Source: Dictyostelium discoideum (Eukaryota). Taken from it: DNA of 64,000 nt. The position numbers and the translations under genes were made by a program. Shown piece after piece: positions 1 through 11,572 of the stretch. The stretch is from positions 1,824,001 to 1,888,000 of the forward strand of contig CM000153.2 in NCBI GenBank assembly GCA_000004695.1. The letters run 5' to 3'. A model generated the notes under the pieces. That model was not told where the DNA came from and searched no databases. It saw only the letters and a program-made list of their open reading frames with translations. How positions within the stretch are numbered: the stretch's first letter is position 1; the number at the start of each line of letters is the position of its first letter.

Positions 1-2276
1 TCAATTAAATTATCAAGAATAAATTGAACACCTTCAAAATTTAAAAGTTCGATAAATGTTTGCAATAAAAAAGAGGTTTCATTTGGAAAGTTATTGAAAT
101 TGACTTTAATTTTAGAGAGATTGATTATTTGACATGTTTGTTGAGTTGGTATTTTGTATTCTTGGAATTTTTCATTTTCATGATAACCTGCTGAATAGTC
201 CCAATTCTCTCCTTGATCGAGGTATGAGTTAATATAAAGCCTTCTTAAATTGTAATTTAAAGTTTTAATTACTAAAGTACCCCAACCAGTATAGTCCACC
301 AATAACTCGTCTATAGAATCACAAATAAATCTTAGGTATTTCATTGAATTTCTTGAACCAAATTGAATTACTTGAATCATATAATACTTAAATAAATCTT
401 TATTGTCATTAAAGTTTGATTGGTTTAAACCATTGATTAATGATTCAATATCATCATGAGTACGTAAAATGTGAATATTACACAACTGTTTATTTGAATC
501 TAAAATTGGTAGTACTTGCTTAAATTTGATTCTTGCATAATCTAATAATTCCGATGTACTAAAATCAAGTTTCATTTGTTTTAATTTTGAATGTAAAGCA
601 TTTCTTATATTTAAAATACTACAACCACCTGTTTCTATATCTGATAGCCAATCGATTGTTTCTTTATCTTTAATTGTAACAATCATATCATTATCAATTA
701 GATTTGAAGTAATTTCTTTCCATTTCGATGATGATTTATAACCTAAAATTGAACGTACTTGTTTATTACCCAAATCATTAAGTTTCTTTGTTGATATTAC
801 ATCATTTAGTGGCTTTTCATCAAAATATTCTATAATGATTGATTTTTGTGATGTGTAGATTTTGTAGAACATAAAAATATCGTTTATATTAATATGATTA
901 TTTTTGAATAAAATATCGAAATATGATTCACAAATATATTTTGAATCTAATTTTCCAACATTGATTTTTAAATTTTTTTTCAATAGATACTTTAATATAT
1001 TGGTGTTATAGGTTTTTGTCATGTAATATATTAATAATAATTGAACTTCTTCATTGAGTTGAATGGTATCAATTGGTTCATTATATTTTTTTAAATAAAA
1101 TGCATATAAAATAATTGATTTTGATTCAATGATTAATAATTGAAATAATTGTTTAATTGATTGAGATATTGTACAACGTCTATGTTTACCATTTTCAATT
1201 ATTAAATCAATTTGAGTTTGAATTGATGCTGGTATACTTTTTGAATTACTATAATAATCATTGTTGCAATAATACAATTTAAAATATAATAAAACTGAAT
1301 TGATAGATAAAGAGATACACTCAAAATTTCCTTTAACATGTTTTATGTAGTTATAAATAGCATAATCAAATTCAAAACAAAGACTAGAAAGCATATTTAA
1401 ATGAATTATTCTATAAACAGAACGCCCAATATTTTCATTTCCCAGCTTATCAATAGAGAAAAAATCCCATGAAATTCCATTAGAGAGACTAAATCTTGTT
1501 TGAATATTCTTAAATCCAAAAGGTATTGATTTTTGATATTTTAGATAACAAGCTACATCCGCACCTCTATATATACCTGAAAATATTTTTTTGGAATCTT
1601 GAAATATTGAAGATGGCGATATTGGAATACTCGATATTATTTTCATCTTTTCTTTAAAATCTTCACTACTGATTCCATATTCACAATAATATAAACATTG
1701 ATTAATGAGATAATTTCTTTCATTTTTGGTTAAAGTAAATGGTTTATTATGATTGATGGACTCTTCAAAAAATTTTAAAACCCTTTTTATTAATTTTGGA
1801 TGATTTTTTTCGAAGATTGAGTCTATATGTGTTGTAATATTAAAGGTTTGCAATTCTTCTGGCCTATATTTTATATATATATCAAATAAACCCACTGATT
1901 TGATACCCCAAATCTCTCTGAATAAAATCTCTGGATCCTCTCTAGTATATAGATAACCCTTAAAAAGTAATAATGAATATACCTCTTTGAATACTTCTAT
2001 ATCTTCTATTTTATTAATGATTTCATTATATCTATCATCATTATCATAAGGATTGAAATCAACATTTCTTTCTATTCTCTTAAAAATTAAATTTTCATCT
2101 GCTTTTAATTTACATATCAAGAGTTGGTATTGTTTATGTTTTATCATTGAACCTATGGATGTAATTGTTTTAAATTTTTTACTTTTATGACAACATTTAT
2201 TTTTTAAAATATAACTTAATAAATATTTATTTTTAAAAACTTTCCAAAATAATAATTCATTATATTCATTATTCAT
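1..2276 (-). CDS. Hypothetical protein, 5' part of gene (C-terminus lies beyond window start); no recognisable domain by eye
   Basis: Minus-strand frame is stop-free for about 2.27 kb in 80% AT DNA. ATG at 2276-2274 in A-rich context (MNNEYNELLFWKVFKNKYLLS...). The frame runs uninterrupted off the left edge, ending ...LQTFIELLNFEGVQFILDNLI, so it is absent from the ORF track only because it has no stop inside the window. All other frames are stop-dense. Confidence 0.55.
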   Translation of the reverse strand, partial: MNNEYNELLFWKVFKNKYLLSYILKNKCCHKSKKFKTITSIGSMIKHKQYQLLICKLKADENLIFKRIERNVDFNPYDNDDRYNEIINKIEDIEVFKEVYSLLLFKGYLYTREDPEILFREIWGIKSVGLFDIYIKYRPEELQTFNITTHIDSIFEKNHPKLIKRVLKFFEESINHNKPFTLTKNERNYLINQCLYYCEYGISSEDFKEKMKIISSIPISPSSIFQDSKKIFSGIYRGADVACYLKYQKSIPFGFKNIQTRFSLSNGISWDFFSIDKLGNENIGRSVYRIIHLNMLSSLCFEFDYAIYNYIKHVKGNFECISLSINSVLLYFKLYYCNNDYYSNSKSIPASIQTQIDLIIENGKHRRCTISQSIKQLFQLLIIESKSIILYAFYLKKYNEPIDTIQLNEEVQLLLIYYMTKTYNTNILKYLLKKNLKINVGKLDSKYICESYFDILFKNNHININDIFMFYKIYTSQKSIIIEYFDEKPLNDVISTKKLNDLGNKQVRSILGYKSSSKWKEITSNLIDNDMIVTIKDKETIDWLSDIETGGCSILNIRNALHSKLKQMKLDFSTSELLDYARIKFKQVLPILDSNKQLCNIHILRTHDDIESLINGLNQSNFNDNKDLFKYYMIQVIQFGSRNSMKYLRFICDSIDELLVDYTGWGTLVIKTLNYNLRRLYINSYLDQGENWDYSAGYHENEKFQEYKIPTQQTCQIINLSKIKVNFNNFPNETSFLLQTFIELLNFEGVQFILDNLI

Positions 2277-2630
2277 TATTAACATTTATTATTATTAATA
2301 TTTTGAATATTTAAATATTGATTATTATTATTTTTATTTTTGTTTGGGTGAAAAAAAAAAAAAAAAAAAAAAAAAAGAAAAAAATGGAAAAAATGGGAAA
2401 TTGAAAAGAAAAAAATGAAAAAAAGAAAAAAAAAAAATTTTGTCTTAGATGCAAATAAATCTTTTTTTTTCTTTTTATCTTCAAAATTCATTTCAATGAT
2501 CAATTAAATTTGAATGAAAAATCTTTGATATATAAATTGAAATTTTATTTTATTATTAGAAAATAAAAAAAAAATAAAAAAAAAAGCTCTAAATTTAAAT
2601 CTTTTTTAACAAATAAAGATTTTTTTTTTT

Positions 2631-2690
2631 GACAATTAAATAAAATCTTTTTTTTTTTGACAATTAAATAAAATCTTTTTTTTTTTTTGT
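2631..2690. repeat. Perfect 30-bp tandem direct repeat (ttgacaattaaataaaatcttttttttt x2) in the promoter region of the gene starting at 2276
   Basis: Seen directly at 2631-2660 and 2661-2690. Lies about 360-415 bp upstream of the minus-strand ATG at 2276. Confidence 0.6.
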
Positions 2691-3184
2691 TTTTTATTTT
2701 ATTTAATATTATTATTATTATTTAATAAATTATCTCTTAAATGATTTTTAATTCATTTCGGTTATTATTATTTTATTATTTTTATTATTTTTTTTTCATT
2801 GGTATTATTTTATTAAATTAACAAATATCATTTATTTTATATTTATATTTACTATGTGGTAAAATTTATATCGATAAATATCTTTTTTTTTTTTTTAATG
2901 TTGTAAATTATTTAATAAATTTTTTTGTGAATGATTAAAAAAAAAGAAAAAAAAACAAATAATAAAATTAAAAAATAACAAAAAAAAAAAAATTATTACT
3001 CTATATTACTATTATTTTTTAATTGTTTTTTTTAATTATTTTTTTTTTTTTTTTTTTTGTTTTAATTATTTTATTTGGTCAGTCTTTAAATAAAAGTAAG
3101 AAAAATAAAAGGAGTTTTTTTTTTTTTTAAAATTTATTTATTTTCTGATTTTAATTACACATATTTTTAGTTTAATAAACAAAG

Positions 3185-4798
3185 TTAACTTATTGCTTCG
3201 AAAACATAAGGTTCGTGTGTTTGTCTTATGATTACTATGATTGCAATTAAAATAAATACCAAAAATCCAAAGATTGAGAAAGCAACTTCCACAGAATTGA
3301 ATAAACGTCTTGAAAAGCTAGTTGGTTTTGTTAATATTAAATCATCGTCATCATTACTACTACTATTGCTATTGCTATTATTATTATTAGATGATTGATA
3401 CTGTTTTAAAGCCTCGGTAATTTGTGATAAATTGCTGTAAGAGTTTACTAACAACATGTTTTTATCTTCCATATCACTAAGTTTATTATTTTTATTTTGT
3501 AGTAAAAGTTTTAGTGATTTATTTTGCTCTAAAACTGTTAAAAGTTGTAATTGATTTGAAGATGTTGTATTTTTATCATTATTATTATTATTATTATCAT
3601 TATCGTTATCATTGTTACTATTATTATTATTATTATTTTTATTATTATTATCTTTTTCATTATTTACTAAAGTTTGTTGATGTAATTGTAAAGTTTGTTG
3701 AGTTTGAGCTAATTCGATTTGTAGTTTTTGTAATTTTGAATTTAATTTCGTAATGATATTATTTTGATCATTATTTTCTTCGGATAGTGATTTATTACTT
3801 TCAACTTGTGTCTTATTAAATGCTTGAAGATTAACGATTTCAGCTTCTAACATTTCAATCTTTTGAATTAATTCCATATGATGTTGATCATTTGTAACTG
3901 TTGATTGAGTTAAATTATTATGTGCCATTATTTTTGATTGTAATCCAAATGTTGATTCTCCTAATTGATTATTATTATTATTATTATTATTATTTGATTG
4001 AAGTTGTGAAACATTTAAAATATTTTTAGATTGATTTAAAGAATTTGGTTGGGATGAAGTAAGTGGTGGTGTATTTTGTTGTTGTTGTTGTTGTTCTTGT
4101 TGTAGTAATAATTGTTTTTGTTTTTCATTTTCCATATTTATAATTTGATTAAAATATTCTTCAGATTTTTGTGATAAATTATTAAATTTATTTGTTATTG
4201 ATTTTAAATTCTTTTCAATTTCTAAATTTTTTATAATTAATTCTTCTTTTTCTTTTTCAACCAATAAAACTTTTTGTTTTTCTTCTTTATTATTATTTCT
4301 CAATGTAGATAATTGTTTTTTACATTCTTCTACCTGTTTAGCTAAATCATTTTCTTTTTTCTTATATTCTTCTAATTCAGTTGCCATTTGATAATCTCTT
4401 TTCTTTTTTTCTGAATCTTTTAAATTTGATAATTCTTTTTTATTCTTTGTATTCTCTTCTTGAATAGTTTTAATTTCTAAGCAAAGTTTTGCTTGTTCCT
4501 CTTCTAATCTTTTATTTTTTATTTTAATTTCTCTATCATTCTAATGAGAATTATTAATTATTAGTAATATATTAAATACATATGTAAAAGTTAAATAAAA
4601 AAAAATTAAATTAATATGAATATTTACATCTTTATAGTTTTGTAATTCCCTTTTTGTTTGGTATAATTCTTCTTGAAGTTTTTGAATTTGCTCAGGTTGA
4701 TAATAACTCTCACCAAATGAACCACTTACACCTTCAAATTCACCTGAATTACCATAAATTGATGTTGAAAAATAAGCAGGCTTTTGTTGTGGTTGTGG

Positions 4799-4874
<76 letters not shown>

Positions 4875-5946
4875 GGTTGTGGATGTGGTTGTTGTAATTG
4901 AAGTGGTGAATGAGTTAAATTGTTATTACCTTCATTATTGGTATTGTTATTATTACTATTATTGTTGTTGTTGTTGTTGTTGTTACTATTATTAGTATTA
5001 TTATTGATTGAATTTTTCCCATCTTTATAATCACCTAAATTATTAATTGGGTGATTTTGAAAGTCATCAACCTCTAAACTATCATTTAATGATTGTTTAT
5101 CTTGTTTTTCCATTAAACTAATGATAACACTATTTGATACGTAACCATCATCAAATGGAATTCTAAGTAACATCTCTTGAAGCATATCTTCTTCTATATC
5201 TGGAAAAAGATCGAATAGAATATACTTTAATTCAGTTTCTGACGTTTTATTATCTGGATTATCTAAAATGTATTGGAATTTCAATTCTGATGATTGATTC
5301 ATCTCTGATTGTTGCTGTTGTTGTTGACTGTCGAAATAATAATTTTGAGGTGTTTGAACAAAACTTGATGGTTTTGCTGGTGTATTTGACGGGAACATAA
5401 TTTGACTATTATGATTCTTTTTAACTGTATAATGTGGTGAAGGTGGTACTATATTATTATTATTATTATTATTATTTACATTATTATTATTTGTTGTGGT
5501 TGTTGTTGTTGTTGATGATGTTGTTACTGTTGATGATGATGATGATGAGTTGCTACTAAAAATTGAAGATTTAAGAGCAGATGAAGGTTTTTTTACACTA
5601 TTTGCCATATTCTCACTAAATGTTCTAATTAAAATATTTTTTGAAGGTGATTCATATGGTGATCTTAAAAGTGAGGAAGAACCCGAATAGTTGGTTGGGT
5701 GTAATTGTAAAGAAGCTCTTTTGTTTGATGAACCACTGTTTCCCTCTAAATCGCCTAACTTTAACTCCTTTGAATCAAAACTATCACTGTTTCTCTTTGA
5801 TTTCATTGTTGACGACGAAGATGAAGTTGTTGCTGTAGTTGCTGAGGATGTTGATGTAACAAATACTTGTTTATCTAAATCTAAAAATTCATTTTCATTA
5901 TATTTTACAAATTTATTTTTATATGTTTCAATGTTATCATTATTAA

Positions 5947-5977
<31 letters not shown>

Positions 5978-6211
5978 GTTTTCATTATTTGTATTATATA
6001 AAGGAATAGAGGTTGAGTTAGAATTTGTAGATGGTGATGATGAATTTAAATCTATTATAGTTTCATCGTTATTTGAATTTGTAGTTATACTTTTTAGATA
6101 GAAGTCGCTAGTACTATTGTTTGTGTTGTTATTTGAGCTCATTATGTTTATGTTATTATTATTTTCGTTTGGAGTTGTAGGTGTTGAATCTGTTTGTGAT
6201 ATTATATCCAT
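3185..6211 (-). CDS. Two-exon gene for a ~979-aa protein: N-terminal Ser/Thr/Asn/Gln-rich low-complexity half with a poly-Q tract, and C-terminal coiled-coil half ending in a single hydrophobic transmembrane segment (tail-anchored, golgin-like)
   Basis: ORFs 4541..6211 and 3185..4387 are in the same frame and separated only by TAG at 4541-4543. An 87-nt AT-rich intron (GTAAAT at 4627 ... TTAG at 4541) removes that stop. Exons are 4628..6211 and 3185..4540. Exon 2 continues the coiled coil upstream of the annotated Met (…IKIKNKRLEEEQAKLCLEIKTIQEENTKNKKELSNLKDSEKKKRDYQMATELEE…). (GTT)n at 4796-4874 gives poly-Q on the minus strand. The C-terminus VAFSIFGFLVFILIAIIVIIRQ is followed by a short tail. 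Confidence 0.6.
4796..4874. repeat. (CAA/TTG)n trinucleotide tract (~26 units) encoding poly-Gln inside the 3185..6211 gene
   Basis: Visible run of gttgttgtt... on the plus strand. Confidence 0.9.
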
Positions 6212-6669
6212 TATTTGTATATATTTATATATGTATATTTTATATGATTATAGTTTATATTTTTTTCTCGACCCCTCTTTACCACTTATTATATTATTAT
6301 ATTATTACTATACAATTGATAGATAGAAATATATTTATTATTTGTTTATAAAATGTATGAAAAACAATTTAAAAGCTTACGCGCTCTTTTTTTATTATTA
6401 TTTTATTTTTTTATTTATTTGTTTATTTATTTATTTATTTATTTATCTATTTGTTTTTTTATTTATTTATTTATTTATTTATGCGGGTGTGTTGCTTTTA
6501 TTATAATAATACACAAAAAAAAAAAAAATTTTATTTTGGCAAAATAAAAAAATAAAAAAAAAATGAAAAAATTTAAAAAAATAAAATTAAAATGTGTAAA
6601 AGAGGTGTTTTAATTAATTGATAATGCCAAAGATAGGTAAAGACACTAAAATAGAAACAAATGCAATTT

Positions 6670-6705
<36 letters not shown>

Positions 6706-8325
6706 CAAAATTCTTTTTTTTTTTTTTTTTTTTTTTTGGGTCCAAACATGACCCCCTTTTTAGGGCCCCAAAAATTTTTTTTTTTTTTTTTTTTTGAAAC
6801 CCACATTTTATACTTTTTTTAATTTTATTTTTAAAAAAACCTTTTAAAAATTTTTTTTTTTTTTTTTCCTTTTTTCCTTTTTTTTTTTTTTTAAAAAACC
6901 ATTTTTACTTAGTAACTATATTTTAAATTTGGACATTCAACAATTTCCTAAAAAAAACATTGGTTTTTGGTAATAAAAAAAAAAAAAAAAAAAAAAAAAA
7001 AATAAAAAATAAAAGAGAGTGGGGAGAATTGTAAACTTAATTTTTTTTTTTTTTTTTTTTTTTAATTAAAATTAATTAGAGTAGCGTAATGCATATGTTC
7101 TTATAATAGATTTAAAATAAAAATCTTAAACACTATTTCTTTTTCAAAATGTTTTTTAAAAAAATTAAAACTATAAATACTCATTTTTAATAATCATTTC
7201 AAAACAATATTTATTAATTGTACCATTAAAAATGTTATTCAGTATCATTTCTATTTTGTTTACTACTTTATTTGAATTTATAAAAAAAATGATTGAATAA
7301 ATTATTTAAGTAATAAAAAAAATTAAAAATAGTTATAAAAAGAAATAAAAAATTTATATAATTTAAATGGTAAACTTTTTTTTGTTTTGGGAATTTATTA
7401 GTAAAAAAAAAAGAAAAAAAAAATTCTCCATGGATCTGTGTTTAATTTTGTTTTAAATATTGTGTGTTTGATGTTTTTGAAATTTGCAAATTTTACAAAA
7501 CAAACAGATTTTGACATTTAGTATTAATTAAAAAAAAAAAAAAAAAAAAAAGTGACCATTTTTTCTTTTTTTTTCTCCCCCCCCCCTAATAATAATTTTG
7601 AATATAACTTAATTAAAGATCATTAATATAATTTAATGTTTTTTTTTTTTTTGTTTAAAAAAATAATATCTTTTAAAAATTAATGTTTAAAAAAAAAAAA
7701 ATTTAAACAATTAAAATTAAATAAAACTTATTTAATTTTGTAAAACTAAAAAAAAACAAAAAATTTTATTAAGTTTTTAAATAAAATAACAATATTAATT
7801 TTTTAAAAAAATAAAACAGGTAACTTTTAAAATTAATATTAATAAAATTTAAAAAAAAGTGAATAAAAAAAAAAAAATTTAATGTTATTTTTGAATCCAT
7901 TCAATCAATTGTCAAAATCATCATCAAACTCTAAAGCGATGCCAACCTAAATTGAAAATCTCAAACTATGAATATGTTATTTAATTATTGGATAATGCCA
8001 AAGTTTTGAATGGCAACAAAGGAAACAAAAATCAACATTTTGGGTGAGAATCTCCATGATGCCAATTAAATAAATCACTCACTTTTTTAAAATAAAAATT
8101 TAAATAAATTATTTTATTAAAATTTAATTGTAAACAATTTTTTTAATTATTTTTTTTTTAAAAAAATTATTTATAACCAAACATTGTTTTTTTATTTAAG
8201 TAGTTCATTAAAATGATCCTGGTTAAATTTTTTTTCTGTTTTGACAATTTTATTTTATTATAAGATTTCAAACAAATTATGTTTTCTCTCTCGAGAACAT
8301 TTAAATCTAATATTTTATAGATTTA

Positions 8326-8367
<42 letters not shown>

Positions 8368-9466
8368 GAAATTTTATTTAATTATATAATTGTTTTTTTT
8401 TTAAAAATTAAAAAAAAAAGTGTATAAAAACCAAAAAAAAAAATGAAATAATAATCCAATACTTTATTTAATTAAAACTAAAAAAAATGTTATTCAGTAA
8501 GTTTTAAAAAAAATATATGAAATAATAATGAAAAACCTCTCTAATACTGTTTTTTTATAATAGAATCATTACAATTAATTTCATTGAAATCATCATCATC
8601 AAACTCAAATACTACATTTGGAAATGTTTTATTAAATGGACAATATCAAAGTATCAACAACGTTACATTCTTAGATCATACCAAGGCTTTAGCAGATAGC
8701 GCAAAAAATAAACTCAATGCTGCAATGCATAATCTATAAAAAATAAATAAAATTTATTCATTTATAAACCATTCCTATTGGTGGATCCATGCCATCTGAA
8801 CCAAAATCATTCCAATTTAATAATAACAGTTAAATTAAAATATTTTTACTAATTATTAAATAATTTATCATTTAGATGTAAGATTTATCCTTAGATGTAA
8901 GTTTCTTGGTTCATCAATATCTTTTTAACCAAGTTCATTTTTACCCTCGAAGAATTATTATTTTGATTATTTTGATTATTTGGATCTCTCTTTATTTACT
9001 ATTTGATTTTGACTATCACCTTTTTTTTTTTTTTTTTTTTTTGAATTGGATATTGCAATCGTTAATATAATTTTTAAAAAATTTTCATAATAAAAATAAT
9101 AAAAAATAAATGTATAAAGAAATATGTGAATGAGTAAAATAAAAAAAAAAAAAAAAAAATATAAAATTTCTTTTTATTTCATTTTTTTTTTTTTTCGAAT
9201 TTCAAAACCCGTAAAATTTCAACGTTTTAAAACAATTAAATTAACCTTGGGTTTCAAAATAAAAATAAATAAAAAACCCCCCCCTGTAAAAATTATTAAA
9301 AAAAAAAATAAAATCAAAATTAAATAGGGCACCAAATGAAAAAATAGTAGTTACTAGGATTTTAAAAAAATAAAAGAAAAAAAAAAAAAAAAAAAAAAAA
9401 AAAATAAAAAATTAATTATTCACTTTTTTTCACAATTAACATCAATAAAGGCCGAAAATACAATGA

Positions 9467-9907
9467 ATACCCACTACTACAACTACTACTCAACCAATTC
9501 CATTTGATTATGAAGAAAGAAGAAGAATATTATTTATTGATCCATATGATAAAGAAAGAATTGATGGCTATAACAAAGAACTTCGAAATTTATATAAATT
9601 TCAATTATTGGAAAGAGTTGCTTACTTGGCAGTTCAAGAACCATATTATGTAGATATGTTCTCAAAATTAAATTACAAAGGTACATGTATAAACTGTAAA
9701 ACAAGTGCAAAGTATGTTATTGAAAAGTTCATTTGCAACAAATGTCAAAGATTAGTAAATAAAAAGAGAACTGAAGAAATAAATGCAAAAGACAAAGAAT
9801 ACTTTAGGATCTTGACTCAAAAGAAATCTCGTGAGCTTAGAAGAGCTGCAGAGGCAGAAGCAGAAGCAGAAGCACTCAAGAATCAATATAATCAAATTCA
9901 AAAATAA
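9467..9907 (+). CDS. Small protein with a CxxC-x12-CxxC zinc-ribbon-like motif and a C-terminal coiled coil (EAEAEA); 5' end unresolved
   Basis: Open frame from just after TGA at 9464-9466 to TAA at 9905-9907 (…CINCKTSAKYVIEKFICNKCQRLVNKKRTEEINAKDKEYF…). The ORF-track start at 9608 is a TTG. The first in-frame ATG is at about 9653 (MFSKLNYKG…). The well-contexted ATG at 9463 (caatgaatacc) is in the +1 frame and terminates after 14 codons. No GT..AG is available to splice the two frames. Confidence 0.4.
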   Translation: MPTTTTTTQPIPFDYEERRRILFIDPYDKERIDGYNKELRNLYKFQLLERVAYLAVQEPYYVDMFSKLNYKGTCINCKTSAKYVIEKFICNKCQRLVNKKRTEEINAKDKEYFRILTQKKSRELRRAAEAEAEAEALKNQYNQIQK

Positions 9908-10113
9908 CTTCATTCAAATTTTAAAAAAAAAAAAACAAAAAAAAAAACAAAACAAAAACCCTCCCCTCCCACTGTATTCACCATCTCTTTACTCTTTATA
10001 AAGGAAAATAAAAAATAAATTATTAACATCTTTATTGTTTTTTTTTTTTTTAAATTAATAAAGTTATTTTCATTAAACGATTGTTTTATTAAATATTTAA
10101 TTTTGAAATATTA

Positions 10114-10675
10114 TTAAAATCTTATACTTTTAATAATTATTGGTGGTAGATTACTATTTTTTAAAATAAATCCAAAAGTGTATGGGTCTTCTATCGGTAG
10201 GATACCATCAGCAAAATCAGGAACAGTAATTTCTTCAAACTCTTTTGAATAACGAGCATTCCAAATTGCTGATGATTTTAACATTGCAAACTTTTGAACA
10301 CCTAAAACAATTTTTTTAATTCTAACACCACAAATATTTGTAATTGTTCCTTTAAATTGTGCAGAGTCTGGCCATGCACCTTCATTTGTAATATTTACTT
10401 GAATAATTGTATATGCTTGTGCTATTATTATTATTATTATTATTTTTATTATTTTTAAAATCAAATATATTAAATTAAATTAAATTATAAATCAAAATAA
10501 CTCTCTATATATATTTATTTTACTTACCTTCTGGTCTACAAACTGCTGTTGTTTGAAGTGAAACACAAAATGAACCATTTTTGCAACTTCTTGGTCCACA
10601 TAATTCTAATGAAAATGTGTAATTTATAAATAATAAAGAGAATATTAAAAATAATCCGAAAGCTGTTAGTTTCAT
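10114..10675 (-). CDS. Small secreted protein (~151 aa), two exons, N-terminal signal peptide
   Basis: Exon 1 is 10528..10675 (MKLTAFGLFLIFSLLFINYTFSLELCGPRSCKNGSFCVSLQTTAVCRPE, phase 1), with donor GTAAGT at 10527. A 106-nt intron ends AATAG at 10422. Exon 2 is 10114..10421 (AQAYTIIQVNITNEGAWPDSAQFKGTITNICGVRIKKIVLG…KSIRF*). The ORF track translates the 3' intron end as MILKIIKIIIIIII. Confidence 0.5.
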
Positions 10676-10744
10676 TTTAAATTAATAATATTTTAAAAAA
10701 ACTCTTTAGTTTTAGATAAAGATTTATTAAAATTAAAAAAATAG

Positions 10745-10777
<33 letters not shown>

Positions 10778-11572
10778 AAAACAAGTGAGATTTTATAATT
10801 AAATAAATAAAATTTAAAATCAAATAATTTTATTTTATTTTTATTTTTTTTATTTTTTTTTTTCATCAATTAAAAATGTTGAATAATTCTTTTTTTAACT
10901 TAACAACATCTTTATAATTTTAAAAAAAAAATTATCTCTTAAAAATTTTATAAAATTATTACCTTTTTTTTTTAATATTTTTTACCAAAAAAACACCCCA
11001 ACATAATCATTTTTAAAAAAAAAAATATAAAATAATAAATTTGTTTTTTTTATTTTGTAAAAAGAAAATATTTCAATAAAAACATATATACATTAACCTA
11101 TTTATAAATATAATTTGGTTATTAAAAAAAATTTTAAACCATAATTCCTTTTTAGGTTTTTACAAATACAAAATCAGAAAAAAAAAAAACCTAATTTTAA
11201 AAATACATAATGTTTTTCTATTTAATAATTATTTTTTTATTTTATTCTTTTTTTTTTTTTCTTTTTTTTTTTATGATTTTTTTTTTTTTATGACTTTTTT
11301 TTTTTTTTTGGGGGTTTGGGACTTTTTTTTTTTTTTTTTTTTTTTTGGGAAGGATATCCACAGATAGTTGTAAAAAAAAAAAAAAAAAAAAAAGAAAATG
11401 GTGGTTTGGGGGTACATATATACGATGCGAGTTTGTTTATACAATAAAAATTAAGTTGGCAATAGCTATAAAGTTAACGTCTAGTTTTAAAAATAAGATT
11501 GTAATCTTCCATAATCTCATTTTCTTTAAGACTATAAACAATGGATGGCGCTAAATTTAAAATAATTGTTAG

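Noticed and set aside
4654-4995. Plus-strand 113-aa ORF with V26 run
   Set aside because: It is the complementary-strand reading of the (CAA)n poly-Q tract of the 3185..6211 gene.
9608-9907. ORF-track start codons at 9608, 41942, 47809, 56803 and 58699 shown as M
   Set aside because: The underlying codons are TTG or GTG, internal to longer spliced reading frames, so they are not real initiation sites.
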